This document shows positions 50,966 to 61,277 of a DNA stretch of 64,000 nucleotides, piece by piece. A model generated the notes under the pieces. The model saw only the letters and a list, made by a program, of their open reading frames with translations, did not search any database and was not told the origin of the DNA. Source of the DNA: Marinoscillum sp. (GTDB taxonomy: Bacteria > Bacteroidota > Bacteroidia > Cytophagales > MED-G16). Each line of letters begins with the position of its first letter. Position 1 is the first letter of the stretch. The translations under genes and the position numbers were made by a program. The DNA is taken from assembly GCA_038134805.1 (NCBI GenBank), contig JAYPVV010000005.1:10752-74751 (forward strand). The letters run 5' to 3'.

Positions 50966-52031
50966 TTAATCCAGCGCTCATTCTTTCTGCGTTTTCTGCA
51001 ATTCTTAGCTTCTCGGTAAAAGAAAACAACTCCCCACCCAGAACCTCTGGAAGGTTGTATACCGTGAGATTAATTCTATGGTCTGTTACCCTTGCTTGAG
51101 GAAAATTATAGGTTCTTATTTTATCTGATCTGTCTCCAGACCCAACCATTGTCTTTCTTTGTCCAGCAATTTCTTCATTTTGTTTTTTTATTTCTAAATC
51201 ATAAAGTTTAGACCGTAAAACCTTCATCGCTTTATCATAATTAGCATGTTGAGATCTTCCGTCTTGACATTCAACAACAACACCCGAGGGCTCATGGGTT
51301 AGTCTCACAGCAGACTCTGTTTTGTTAACATGTTGTCCCCCGGCCCCAGAGGAACGATAAGTGTCTTTCCTAATATCAGATGGGTTAATGTTAAGCTCAA
51401 CACCCTCAGCTTCAGGCAAAACAGCAACTGTAGCCGCAGAGGTATGGACCCTACCTTGAGTTTCTGTGTTAGGAACCCTTTGCACCCTGTGTGTTCCTGC
51501 TTCAAATTTCATTTTACCATACACATCATCTCCCTCAATTGAACAAACAACCTCTTTATAACCACCAGAAGAGCCTTCGTTGAAATTAATCACATTAAAA
51601 ACCCATGCGTTTTTTTCTGAATAAAGCTCATACATTCTAAATAAATCGCCAGCAAAAAGAGCAGCCTCATCCCCACCCGTTCCTGCTCTAATTTCTAGAA
51701 CAACACTCTTTTCATCATTAGGGTCTTTTGGAATTAATAACGCCTTAAGCTCCTCCTCTTCTTTTTCTTTTTTTAAAGAAAGATCTTCTAATTCTTTTTT
51801 AGCAATTTCTCTAAACTCCTCGTCTTTTTCGTTTTCAAGAACCCCTTTAGCCTCCACAATACCCAAAAGCGTTGACTTATGTTCATTAAACTTAGAAACA
51901 ATCTTTCCTAAGGATTTATATTCTTTATTAAGTTTAGTGTATAACTCTAAATCTGAAACCACCCCTGGGGTTGAGAGTTTAGCCTCAACCTCTTTGTGTT
52001 TTTTGCTAAGTTCTTCAAGTTTATCTATCAT
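50958..52031 (-). CDS. prfA: Peptide chain release factor 1
   Basis: [16 protein letters not shown] (PxT anticodon), GAGGQHVN. Confidence 0.97.
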   Translation of the reverse strand: MIDKLEELSKKHKEVEAKLSTPGVVSDLELYTKLNKEYKSLGKIVSKFNEHKSTLLGIVEAKGVLENEKDEEFREIAKKELEDLSLKKEKEEEELKALLIPKDPNDEKSVVLEIRAGTGGDEAALFAGDLFRMYELYSEKNAWVFNVINFNEGSSGGYKEVVCSIEGDDVYGKMKFEAGTHRVQRVPNTETQGRVHTSAATVAVLPEAEGVELNINPSDIRKDTYRSSGAGGQHVNKTESAVRLTHEPSGVVVECQDGRSQHANYDKAMKVLRSKLYDLEIKKQNEEIAGQRKTMVGSGDRSDKIRTYNFPQARVTDHRINLTVYNLPEVLGGELFSFTEKLRIAENAERMSAGLNG

Positions 52032-52122
52032 ATAATGAGCTAATATAAAAACCTCTATCTAATTTTATTCATAAATTACATATAATTAAAAATATTTATT
52101 CTTAAGATTTCGTTTTCTGCAT

Positions 52123-52932
52123 ATGAAACCAAAACAATACTTGTTTTTCTTTTTTTTGATGTTTTTTTTTTCAAAAAAAAACGAAAGCTTTTCTCAACCC
52201 CAACCCTTAAACAAAGCAATTGTTTTGTTTTCTTTTGACGATCAAGAGAATAACACAACCTCACTAGAAAGCTTGCACAAAAAACTAATATCATCTGGAG
52301 TCGACGCTGTAAGTTATGTGGACTCTTTAAACTTTTACTCAAACAACGAGGTGACAGAATATTTTATAGATTATATTAACAAAAGAGAAATAAAAAGAGT
52401 AATTTTTTTTTCAGAAACTAACAATAAAATATCAACAACAACCCCCGAGGAACTTAAAAAAAACACAACAGAAATAAAGGTTTACTCAGGAGATTCCTCG
52501 TTTTTTTATTTTAGTAAAGATTTAAAAAAAACACCAAGCTCTCCGTTGTTTTTGTTCTCCCCTTACCCAGAGACTATTAACAAAATCACCCCAAAAAAAC
52601 ACAATGAGGTTCTGTTTAAGCCGAACCTAGAAAACGAAAAAATAGGCGTTTTCTCGCTCCCTAAAGAAACAGAAACAAAAAACATAATTTTGTTAGAAGA
52701 AAAAAGCGATTACAGGTTTTATTACTCTAACGGGATTAATTATGTAATTCACTTTTACAAAGGAAGAGAGGATTTTTTACGCAACACTTATAAAATAAAA
52801 AACCTTAAAGAAAACTCAAAAAAAGAGATTTTGATTTTGGTTTTAGAACACACGGCAACAAGAAACAGGTTTTTTTATTTTATACCAACTGTAACAGAAG
52901 AGGGGGAGCTTTTGTCCTTGTTTCTTAATTAA
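52123..52932 (+). CDS. Hypothetical exported protein
   Basis: 269-aa ORF filling the gap; hydrophobic N-terminus and SFS|Q; no recognised motif. Confidence 0.6.
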   Translation: MKPKQYLFFFFLMFFFSKKNESFSQPQPLNKAIVLFSFDDQENNTTSLESLHKKLISSGVDAVSYVDSLNFYSNNEVTEYFIDYINKREIKRVIFFSETNNKISTTTPEELKKNTTEIKVYSGDSSFFYFSKDLKKTPSSPLFLFSPYPETINKITPKKHNEVLFKPNLENEKIGVFSLPKETETKNIILLEEKSDYRFYYSNGINYVIHFYKGREDFLRNTYKIKNLKENSKKEILILVLEHTATRNRFFYFIPTVTEEGELLSLFLN

Positions 52933-53458
52933 AAAGTTTTTTATTTATAAACGGAATTAACGAAAGAACAACAGCCTCTTCATAATAAGACGATCTTATA
53001 ACCTGTCCTTTGGTCAAAATCCCAACGGCACCATCTTTGTTTTTTGAGTTTTTTCTTTTAAAGACAACATCATCAGCAACCCCAAGCTCAACCCCGCCTT
53101 CAATTAATTTTTGAATTTTTTTAGGAAGGAGAAACATAGCTGTTTTTCCAACACCTTCTTTTTTTTTATTTTGAACAACCACCCAAGCAAAAGCAAACAA
53201 TTCACCATCTAAATACTCACACCCCCCCTCGATACCAACATAAAAATCAGCAGACTCTTTGATGTTGTTGGCCCTGTTTCTAGCCCCTTGTTTTGTTTCC
53301 CGACAGCTCATAGGTTGATTGCTTACACCAGAGGGCACCCTAACACCCTCCACAACAACAGAGTTTTTTTGAAACACCCTCTCAAAACCCCTTAGTGTGG
53401 CAAGTATTTTTGTTGGGTTGTTTGATCCAACCAAAACCTTTAAATTATTTCTATCCAT
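52925..53458 (-). CDS. yjjX: Inosine/xanthosine triphosphatase
   Basis: GSNNPTK, SGVSNQP, GARNRA, VGIEGG, GAVGILT. Confidence 0.92.
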   Translation of the reverse strand: MDRNNLKVLVGSNNPTKILATLRGFERVFQKNSVVVEGVRVPSGVSNQPMSCRETKQGARNRANNIKESADFYVGIEGGCEYLDGELFAFAWVVVQNKKKEGVGKTAMFLLPKKIQKLIEGGVELGVADDVVFKRKNSKNKDGAVGILTKGQVIRSSYYEEAVVLSLIPFINKKLFN

Positions 53459-53934
53459 TGTGTTTTTTTGCTTTGGTTAAAACTTACAGATTCTCTTTTA
53501 TTATTAAGTTTTAAACCAACAACATTGACTTGTTCGTCTAAAGAATCAAACAAAACTGTATTTGAAATCTCAAGTAATCCCGAATCAAAAACCTCACCTA
53601 AAACAAAAACAACATTTACCGTTTCTGTATAATCGCTTCCTTCATACCCAAATCGACTCAGAAGAAGCTCTTTGTTGTTTCCTTTAAAAGAAACTTTTAA
53701 GTTTTTTTTAACATAATCCTCTATTTTTTTGTTTTCTTTTATGGTTGTGTTTTTTGACTCTTTATATATATTAAGTGCGTCAAAAACATCGTCTTTAAAC
53801 ACCCTTATTGAAAAGAAAGTAGAGTCATTTTTTTCGTAGATATTACAAACACTCACATAAAAAGCGTGAGAATAAGAGGCTTTAGATAAAAAAAAGAATC
53901 CCGTAAATATCAAAAAGGCTTTTTTAAAGCCCAT
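53440..53934 (-). CDS. DUF6702-like exported protein (copy 2)
   Basis: Signal ASYS|HAFYVS, RVFKDD, ISNTVLF..QVNVV; start ATG 53934. Confidence 0.7.
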   Translation of the reverse strand: MGFKKAFLIFTGFFFLSKASYSHAFYVSVCNIYEKNDSTFFSIRVFKDDVFDALNIYKESKNTTIKENKKIEDYVKKNLKVSFKGNNKELLLSRFGYEGSDYTETVNVVFVLGEVFDSGLLEISNTVLFDSLDEQVNVVGLKLNNKRESVSFNQSKKTQWIEII

Positions 53935-55303
53935 ACTTGTCAATCAAATAAACTAAAGAGGCCATGGCTGCGGTTCCCATTTCTAGTTCTCTTGCGTTCA
54001 CAAGCTCAAATACATCTTTTTCTGTATGATGCATTTCAAAATACTTTTGCCCATCAATGCTTAAACCAAACATTGGAGTTCCTGTTCTTCTATGAAGAGG
54101 GCCAATGTCTGCTCCACCTCCACCTTTTGAGAAGTAAGAGATACTGTTTTTGTCAAAATACTTTAGCCAATCTTGAATTTTAATGTGTTGCTCATCACTG
54201 CCAGAAAAACCAAATCCCCGAGGAACATACCCACTGGCGTCACTCTCGATTGCCGCAATGTGATTTTCTTTGTTTTCCACCGCATTATCAGCGTAACCAA
54301 CACCACCCTTAAGTCCATTCTCCTCATTCATAAACATAACAGCCCTTAAGGTGTTGTTTGGTTTTATGTTTTGTCTTTTAAACAACTGAAGGGCACCAAT
54401 CGAATGCACACAACCAGCCCCATCGTCATGAGCCCCCTCTCCAACGTCCCAAGAATCTAGATGCCCACCAACAGTTATAATGTTTTCTGGGTTTTGTTCT
54501 CCTCTTAGCTCCCCAATCACATTGTGAGACAGTGCGTCAGGAAACCATTTGCCAGAAAGCTTAATTGTCAACTTTATATTAGGATCTTTTCTTAAAGCTC
54601 TTGAAAGTTTTATTGCAGAAACAACACCTAAAGCGCCATGCGGAATGCTATCCACCCCCTCTTTGTATGACATTCCCCCTGTGTGAGGAACATCATCCTC
54701 AATTGAAGAAAGGGAACGAAAAACAGAAGCAACAGCCCCATACTCAGCAGCTTTCACAGCACCACTTCTTCTTTGAAACCCAGTTTGACCATAAGAGGCC
54801 CCTTGGTTTATAAACCTTGGATTAAACCCTTTATTATAAAAAACAATTTTTCCTTTAACCTTTTCTTCGCCCAACTCATCAACCTCATCTAAAGAAAAAA
54901 CCTCCACCACTTCAGCTGTGATCCCGTCTTTTGGTGTTGAAACAGTACCACCCGCACCAAGAATTGATAAGGTCGTTTTCTTTTTGTCTTCATAATAAAA
55001 AGCCTCCTCAACATCACCCCTTTCCCAATGAGGAACCATAACTTCTTGTAAATAGACAGTGTCAAACCCCAAAGATTCCATTGTTTCTTTTGACCAAATA
55101 ACAGCTTTTTTTGCTCCCTCTGATCCACTCAATCTTTGCCCAACATCTTTTGATAAACTTCTTAGCAACTCATAACTTTCCTTAAACTCTAGCGCGTCCC
55201 CATAAAAAGTGTTAATTACATCTGCAGTTTCTTGGTCAAAAACCCGTTCTTCTTTTTTACAAGAAGAAAAAAAGATTAATAAAATAAATAAAGTGTTTCT
55301 CAT
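53924..55303 (-). CDS. M28-family peptidase lipoprotein (carboxypeptidase Q-like, PA domain)
   Basis: Lipobox FSSC; RLSGS, GGHLDSWD, GAHDDGAG, NEENGL, YFEMHH. Confidence 0.9.
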   Translation of the reverse strand: MRNTLFILLIFFSSCKKEERVFDQETADVINTFYGDALEFKESYELLRSLSKDVGQRLSGSEGAKKAVIWSKETMESLGFDTVYLQEVMVPHWERGDVEEAFYYEDKKKTTLSILGAGGTVSTPKDGITAEVVEVFSLDEVDELGEEKVKGKIVFYNKGFNPRFINQGASYGQTGFQRRSGAVKAAEYGAVASVFRSLSSIEDDVPHTGGMSYKEGVDSIPHGALGVVSAIKLSRALRKDPNIKLTIKLSGKWFPDALSHNVIGELRGEQNPENIITVGGHLDSWDVGEGAHDDGAGCVHSIGALQLFKRQNIKPNNTLRAVMFMNEENGLKGGVGYADNAVENKENHIAAIESDASGYVPRGFGFSGSDEQHIKIQDWLKYFDKNSISYFSKGGGGADIGPLHRRTGTPMFGLSIDGQKYFEMHHTEKDVFELVNARELEMGTAAMASLVYLIDKYGL

Positions 55304-55307
55304 AGTG

Positions 55308-56723
55308 TTAGTTTCTGTAGTTTAGCGCAGGCTCTCTGTTTCCAATTAAAGACTGATAAATATAATCTCTACCCTTCTTTTTGTTAAACTCTAAACGAGC
55401 CTCCTCAATTATTTTTTTGTTGTTTAAAATTTCGTATATGGCGCCACCTAGAACTTTTGCCGCGTTAATCATACCCTTATGACCAATAGAGGTTCCTGTG
55501 CAAGAGGCCGCCTGCCAAGAGTGACCTGGGGTTCCTGGAACATAGGTTGCGGTTGAAAAACCTACTGTTGGAACAGCCCAACTCACATCACCAACATCAG
55601 TTGACCCCCCGCCCTTTGTAGATAAATTAATTGTAAAAGGCATTATTTTTTCTGCGTATTTAATATCAATAGGCTTATCAAGCGTTTCTTTTATTTTTTC
55701 TGCGTATTTAATTTCTTCGTCATTATAATAAACCCCACCAACTAAACTTAATTCTTTGTGAACAATTCGCTGAAGTGTTTCGTTTGGTAAAATATTATAC
55801 ACACCGCCGGTTACTTCGAAGTCGAATGTTGTTTCTGTTCCCTTTGCCGCACCTTCAGCACAAAGCTCTACCCTTTTCCACATTTTTCTAACCTCTTCTG
55901 GATCAGGGTGTCTTACGTAGTAATACCCTTCTGCAAAATTTGGAACCACATTAGGGGCGTCTCCCCCTTTTGTTATCACGTAATGGATTCTACTTTCTTC
56001 ATCTACATGCTCTCTCATTAAGTTTATCATCATATTCATTGCTTCTAAACCATCTAAAGCAGAGCGACCTTGTTGGGGAGCGCTAGCCGCATGAGAAGAC
56101 TTTCCATAAAACCTAAACTTACCTGTTTTGTTAGCCAAAGAGCTCCTCACGGAGGCGCTGTTCTGATTTGAGGGATGCCAGTGTAAAGCAACATCAACAT
56201 CATCAAAAAACCCCTCTCTAACCAAATAAACTTTACCAGAGCCACCTTCTTCAGCAGGACATCCATAAAAACGCAAAGTGCCTTTTTTATTGTTTGAGAC
56301 CAGCCAATTTTTAACCCCAATTACTGCAGCCGCGCTAGCAACACCGAAAAGATTGTGACCACAAGCGTGACCAGAAAAAATACCCTCCCTCTCTTTTTTT
56401 TTCGCTTCATTAGTTTGGGATAAACCAGGTAACGCATCGTATTCACCCAAAACCCCAATAACAGGCCCGCCATTATTATATTCAGCTAAAAAGGCAGTAG
56501 GCATTCCAGCGACACCCTCTGTGATCTCAAACCCCTCTTCTTGTAAAAGGGATATTAATTCTTTCGCACTTTTTGTTTCTTGGAAACCAACCTCAGCATG
56601 AGACCAAATATTTTGAGCAACAGCCTCATATTCGTTTTTGTTTTTTTCTATGTGGGAAATAATTTCTTTTTTTTGAGAAAATAAGAAAAAAGGAGCGGTC
56701 AATAGTAAACAAAAAACTTTCAT
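55308..56723 (-). CDS. M20 amidohydrolase, AbgB-like (p-aminobenzoyl-glutamate hydrolase B type), exported
   Basis: Signal LFS|Q; EYDALPG, HACGHN, PAEEGG, GRSALD, GSTDVGDVSW. Confidence 0.88.
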   Translation of the reverse strand: MKVFCLLLTAPFFLFSQKKEIISHIEKNKNEYEAVAQNIWSHAEVGFQETKSAKELISLLQEEGFEITEGVAGMPTAFLAEYNNGGPVIGVLGEYDALPGLSQTNEAKKKEREGIFSGHACGHNLFGVASAAAVIGVKNWLVSNNKKGTLRFYGCPAEEGGSGKVYLVREGFFDDVDVALHWHPSNQNSASVRSSLANKTGKFRFYGKSSHAASAPQQGRSALDGLEAMNMMINLMREHVDEESRIHYVITKGGDAPNVVPNFAEGYYYVRHPDPEEVRKMWKRVELCAEGAAKGTETTFDFEVTGGVYNILPNETLQRIVHKELSLVGGVYYNDEEIKYAEKIKETLDKPIDIKYAEKIMPFTINLSTKGGGSTDVGDVSWAVPTVGFSTATYVPGTPGHSWQAASCTGTSIGHKGMINAAKVLGGAIYEILNNKKIIEEARLEFNKKKGRDYIYQSLIGNREPALNYRN

Positions 56724-56763
56724 ATTTTTAATTTTAATTAAAGAAAATTAATTAATTAAATGG

Positions 56764-57876
56764 TTATAAATGCGTTGCGCGCCAAAAAATATTTATAATA
56801 AACACGATATAGAGAGCTATTAATAATACCGAGTGCCATCGCCCTATACCTTCTTTTCTAGTATAAACAAAAATAGAGACTATAGTTAGACCAACAAACC
56901 ACCAAGATAAATCATTAATCAAACCTATTATTTCATCATTTAATATTATAGGCCCCTTAATCAACGTGAAGAAAAAAAGCGGCAAACCCAACGCAATACA
57001 TAGATTAAAAATATTACTACCGTAAGCATTCGAGATAGCATCATCATAATTTCCCCTTGAAGCATCTTTATATGAGATAATTGTATCAGGAAAACTACTT
57101 CCTATTGCCGCAAAAACAATAGCAACAAACAAAAGAGGAATACCTAAACCGCTGAATTCCCCAAGCCCACCAACGGAGTATTTGTCAGCGCCTAACCACT
57201 CACAAGCTAAAACCAAAAAATAACAAACAAATCCAATTATCAAAGATGATACCACGAAAATCAACCAAGCCCTCTTGTTGTTTAGTTTTTTTCTGCCAAC
57301 AAGAATCTGTTTAAGGTCCAATATCATAAAGGCTGAAAGAAAAGAAACCGTTTCTTTTTCAGAAAATGGTTCTTCGTAATTAATTGTCTCCCCCCCCTTC
57401 ATTGTGTTGAAGAGATAATATAAATAAAGAACATAAATTACAACTAAAAAAGCACTTTCAACCCAACCAATGTTTCCTTGTTGAATAAAATAAATCAAAA
57501 CCAATTCTGTTATTATAAGCCAAACACCATCTCTTAAAATAATTTTACGAGAAACGTTTATTGTCTTTTTTTTTCTTTTGGAAAGCACACCTAAAACAGC
57601 AGCTGATGGAATAATCAAAGAGTTAAACAAAACACTTCCAAAAGAGGTTCCAACCCCCCCCGAAAACCCAGACACGTCTTGTAAAAAAAACAAAAAAAAC
57701 ATAGCGATAAAAAGCTCTGGCATTGAGCTTGCAATTGCGTTAATTGTCGCGCCCTTTACCCCATCACTTAAGTTCCTCCCAATATAATTAGACCCCTCCA
57801 AAAAAGTATCTCCAGCCCTCCAAATCACATATCCACAAAAAAAAATTAATAACAATGGGAGAATAAGTCCTAACAT
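56764..57876 (-). CDS. Ca2+/cation (Na+/Ca2+) antiporter, CaCA family
   Basis: Alpha repeats AIASSMPE..GSVLFN and AIGSSFPD..GSNIFN. Confidence 0.9.
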   Translation of the reverse strand: MLGLILPLLLIFFCGYVIWRAGDTFLEGSNYIGRNLSDGVKGATINAIASSMPELFIAMFFLFFLQDVSGFSGGVGTSFGSVLFNSLIIPSAAVLGVLSKRKKKTINVSRKIILRDGVWLIITELVLIYFIQQGNIGWVESAFLVVIYVLYLYYLFNTMKGGETINYEEPFSEKETVSFLSAFMILDLKQILVGRKKLNNKRAWLIFVVSSLIIGFVCYFLVLACEWLGADKYSVGGLGEFSGLGIPLLFVAIVFAAIGSSFPDTIISYKDASRGNYDDAISNAYGSNIFNLCIALGLPLFFFTLIKGPIILNDEIIGLINDLSWWFVGLTIVSIFVYTRKEGIGRWHSVLLIALYIVFIINIFWRATHL

Positions 57877-57910
57877 GCCTTATATTGATGTTTTAAATTT
57901 AAATCAAAGA

Positions 57911-59200
57911 ATGAAGCTTTTTATCACACCCATCTTTATTTTGTTTTTATTTCCAGCTTATGGAAACAATATATATAAAAAAATTGAGACACTTTCTAAG
58001 AAATATGAAAAGAACGTTATAAGCTGGAGAAGACACATTCACAAAAACCCGGAGCTATCAAACAGAGAGTTTTTAACTGCAAAATACGTTTCAGACCACC
58101 TTAAAAGTTTAGGTATAAAAGTACAAGAAGGTGTTGCTCATACTGGCGTTGTTGGGGTTCTTGAAGGGGGGAAGCCAGGCGGGGTTGTTGCTCTTAGGGC
58201 AGATATGGACGCGTTACCCGTCACAGAAAGAGTTGATCTTCCTTATGCCTCAACGGTTAAAACAAGATATAAAGGAGTAGAGGTTGGGGTAATGCACGCT
58301 TGTGGTCACGATACACATGTGGCTGTGTTAATGGGCGTTGCCTCCGTGCTTTCTGAAATTAGAGACGATATTCAAGGAACGGTTAAGTTTATATTTCAGC
58401 CAGCAGAAGAGGGTCCGCCAGCAGGAGAAGAGGGTGGAGCAGAGCTGATGGTTAAACAAGGCGTTCTCTCAAACCCAACAGTTGATGCTATTTTTGGCCT
58501 TCATATTTCATCTAATATTCCTATAAACACTCTCACATACAAACCAGGAGGTATTATGGCAAGCGCAACATCTTTCGAGGTAAAGCTTAAAGGAAAGCAG
58601 TCTCACGGATCAAGGCCCTGGGAGGGTGCGGACCCAATTGTTGCTGGAGCTCAAATAATTAATAATATACAAACTATTGTGAGCAGAAACTTAGACCTCA
58701 CTAACGAGGCTGCCGTTGTTACTATTGGTAGGTTTCAAAGCGGAATTCGAAGTAACATTATCCCAGAGAACGCAATAATGGAAGGAACAATTAGGGCATT
58801 AGATTATGAGATGAGAGACGTTATTTATAAGCGCTTAAAAGAAATAATTATAAATACAGCAAAGAGCAACAACGTTGAGGCGGAGATCATATTCGGAGCC
58901 CCTTATCCGATAACATTTAATAACGTTAGCCTTACCGAAAAAATGAAAAACACCTTGTATCGGGTTGCTGGAGAGTCGAATGTTTTACTTTCTAGAGCTA
59001 GCACAGGCGCAGAAGACTTTTCTTATTTTGCTAATGAGATCCCTGGTTTTTTCTTTAGGTTGGGAGGAATGCCCATAGAGAACCACCCAAACAAAGGGCT
59101 TAGTCATCACACGCCAGATTTCTATGTTGATGATAGTGGGTTATTATTAGGGGTTATGGCAATGTCAAACTTAGCTGTAGATTATCTTAAAATTAACTAA
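57911..59200 (+). CDS. M20D amidohydrolase (N-acyl-amino-acid hydrolase-like), exported
   Basis: RRHIHKNPELS, ALRADMDALP, MHACGHD, FQPAEEG, AEDFS; start ATG 57911 with signal peptide. Confidence 0.9.
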   Translation: MKLFITPIFILFLFPAYGNNIYKKIETLSKKYEKNVISWRRHIHKNPELSNREFLTAKYVSDHLKSLGIKVQEGVAHTGVVGVLEGGKPGGVVALRADMDALPVTERVDLPYASTVKTRYKGVEVGVMHACGHDTHVAVLMGVASVLSEIRDDIQGTVKFIFQPAEEGPPAGEEGGAELMVKQGVLSNPTVDAIFGLHISSNIPINTLTYKPGGIMASATSFEVKLKGKQSHGSRPWEGADPIVAGAQIINNIQTIVSRNLDLTNEAAVVTIGRFQSGIRSNIIPENAIMEGTIRALDYEMRDVIYKRLKEIIINTAKSNNVEAEIIFGAPYPITFNNVSLTEKMKNTLYRVAGESNVLLSRASTGAEDFSYFANEIPGFFFRLGGMPIENHPNKGLSHHTPDFYVDDSGLLLGVMAMSNLAVDYLKIN

Positions 59201-61277
59201 TTCTACTCCAGTTTATGTTAGAGTTTATATTTTGATTGAGATAATTTAGAATGTTTTGATTTTCAGCTTTTAATAACCGAGGATCATTGTTTATTATTTT
59301 TTTAGCAGCGATTCGTGTTTCTTTGATTATTTCATAATCATCAGCCAGGTTAGCAAACTTTAACTCAAGTAGACCACTTTGTTTTGTTCCCATCATATTC
59401 CCTGGCCCCCTAATTTTAAGATCAGTGTTCGCTATTTTAAAACCGTCAGAAGAACCAACCATCGCTTTTATTCTTTCTTTTGACTCATTTGATAATTCGT
59501 ATTTTGTCATCAATATACAGTATGATTGTTTTTCACCTCTCCCGACTCTTCCTCGCAGCTGATGAAGTTGAGATAAGCCGAATCTCTCTGCACTTTCAAT
59601 TATTATTACAGAGGCATTGGGAACATCTACGCCAACCTCAACAACTGTTGTTGAAACCAAAATTTTAGATTTTCCCTCAGAAAACCTTTTCATCTCAAAC
59701 TCCTTACTTTCGGATTTCATTCTGCCATGCAAAACCCCTATCTGTACGTTTGGAAAATATTTTTTTAAACTTTCATATCCATCCATAAGATCTTTATAAT
59801 CTTTCTTTTCAGACTCTTCAATTAGTGGATATACCACATAAACCTGAGACCCCTCTTCTATTGTCTGTTTAATAAAGTTTAAAACCCTAAGTCTTGAGCT
59901 GTCATTTCTGTGGCTGGTTATTATTTTTTTTCTTCCCGACGGCAATTCATCTATAACGGAAACATCTAAATCACCGTACAGAGTTAAAGCTAAAGTTCTG
60001 GGTATTGGCGTTGCTGTCATTACAAGGACATGAGGGTAGAATGTTTCTTTTTTTGACCAAAGTTTAGCTCTTTGGGCAACACCAAACTTGTGTTGTTCAT
60101 CTATAACAACTAGTCCTAATTTTTTAAAAATAACAGAATTTTCAATTAAAGCGTGAGTTCCAATTAAAATCTGTAATTCACCATTTTTTAATTTACTAAG
60201 AATAGAGACTCTTTCTTTTTTATTTGTGGACCCTGTTAATAACGCTGTGTTTATATTAAGTTTTTTGGAGTACCCCATAATACTTTTTGAGTGTTGTTCT
60301 GCCAAAACCTCTGTTGGCGCCATAAAAGCAACCTGCGCTCCAGCCTCTACAACAAACAACATACAAGAAAAAGCAACAATTGTTTTTCCACTTCCAACAT
60401 CCCCCTGAACCAACCTATTCATTTGTCTTCCTGTATTCATGTTTTCATAACACTCTTTTATAACTCTTTTTTGAGCGCCGGTCAGGCTAAATGGTAGTAG
60501 GTTTTTATAAAAATCAGAAAACAAAAGTTTTTTATTAAAAAGATAACCAGGAAAAGACTGTAATCTTTTTGCCTTAAGTTGAAGTATTTGAAGTTGTAAG
60601 AAAAACAACTCTTCAAATTTCAATCTTCTCTTTGATTTTATAATCATTTCTTTGTCTTTAGGAAGATGAATATTGTGAATTGCTTCAGCTCTAGAAATTA
60701 AACCAGCAGAAGAAATAACTTCAAGGGAAAGATTTTCTTTAATACTAGATTTTGTTTTTTTTATAATGTCAATAATTATTTTATTAAAAAACCTATTATT
60801 AACAAACCCTCTTTTTAGCTTGTCGGTTAATGCATAAACAGGCTTGAGCCCCATTGTAGATGTTGTGTTCTCAGAAACCTCAGGATGAAAAACAGCAATC
60901 TTTCCTTTATAAACATTTAACTTCCCATACACTAAATATTTTTTGCCAATAACCAACCTATCTTCTATCCACTCGATTCCTCTTGTCCAAATCATTTCAG
61001 CATATCCTGTGTTGTCTTTAACCCTCACTTTTAGTGATTTTCTTTTAAAACCACCTGTCGTTTTTTTGTTAATTATTTTTATTAAATACAGTCCGTTTGC
61101 CCCATCTTCTTTTGCCTCAGAAATTTTTTTTATCTGAGAACGGTCCTCGTATCTATAAGGAAAATAATTTAACATATCGTAAAGGGTAAAAACCCTAATC
61201 TCTGAATTCAATAAGCTTGCTTTTTGTGGGCCCACGCCCTTAATGAAATCTATCTTTTGGAAAAGGTCGCTATTCAT
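59193..61277 (-). CDS. recG: ATP-dependent DNA helicase RecG
   Basis: KGVGP, QGDVGSGKT, DEQHKFGV, MTATPIPR, QLHQLRGRVGRG. Confidence 0.97.
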   Translation of the reverse strand: MNSDLFQKIDFIKGVGPQKASLLNSEIRVFTLYDMLNYFPYRYEDRSQIKKISEAKEDGANGLYLIKIINKKTTGGFKRKSLKVRVKDNTGYAEMIWTRGIEWIEDRLVIGKKYLVYGKLNVYKGKIAVFHPEVSENTTSTMGLKPVYALTDKLKRGFVNNRFFNKIIIDIIKKTKSSIKENLSLEVISSAGLISRAEAIHNIHLPKDKEMIIKSKRRLKFEELFFLQLQILQLKAKRLQSFPGYLFNKKLLFSDFYKNLLPFSLTGAQKRVIKECYENMNTGRQMNRLVQGDVGSGKTIVAFSCMLFVVEAGAQVAFMAPTEVLAEQHSKSIMGYSKKLNINTALLTGSTNKKERVSILSKLKNGELQILIGTHALIENSVIFKKLGLVVIDEQHKFGVAQRAKLWSKKETFYPHVLVMTATPIPRTLALTLYGDLDVSVIDELPSGRKKIITSHRNDSSRLRVLNFIKQTIEEGSQVYVVYPLIEESEKKDYKDLMDGYESLKKYFPNVQIGVLHGRMKSESKEFEMKRFSEGKSKILVSTTVVEVGVDVPNASVIIIESAERFGLSQLHQLRGRVGRGEKQSYCILMTKYELSNESKERIKAMVGSSDGFKIANTDLKIRGPGNMMGTKQSGLLELKFANLADDYEIIKETRIAAKKIINNDPRLLKAENQNILNYLNQNINSNINWSRIS

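Noticed and set aside
57390-57661. Two C8 tracts (G8 in sense) in the antiporter gene as phase-variation sites
   Set aside because: Gene is in frame, and 7-8 nt G/C runs also occur in core genes (mnmG, yjjX), so this reflects local composition
57875-57910. Head-to-head overlapping ATGs (CATG) of the antiporter and amidohydrolase
   Set aside because: The amidohydrolase signal peptide begins at ATG 57911; the upstream ATG is probably incidental
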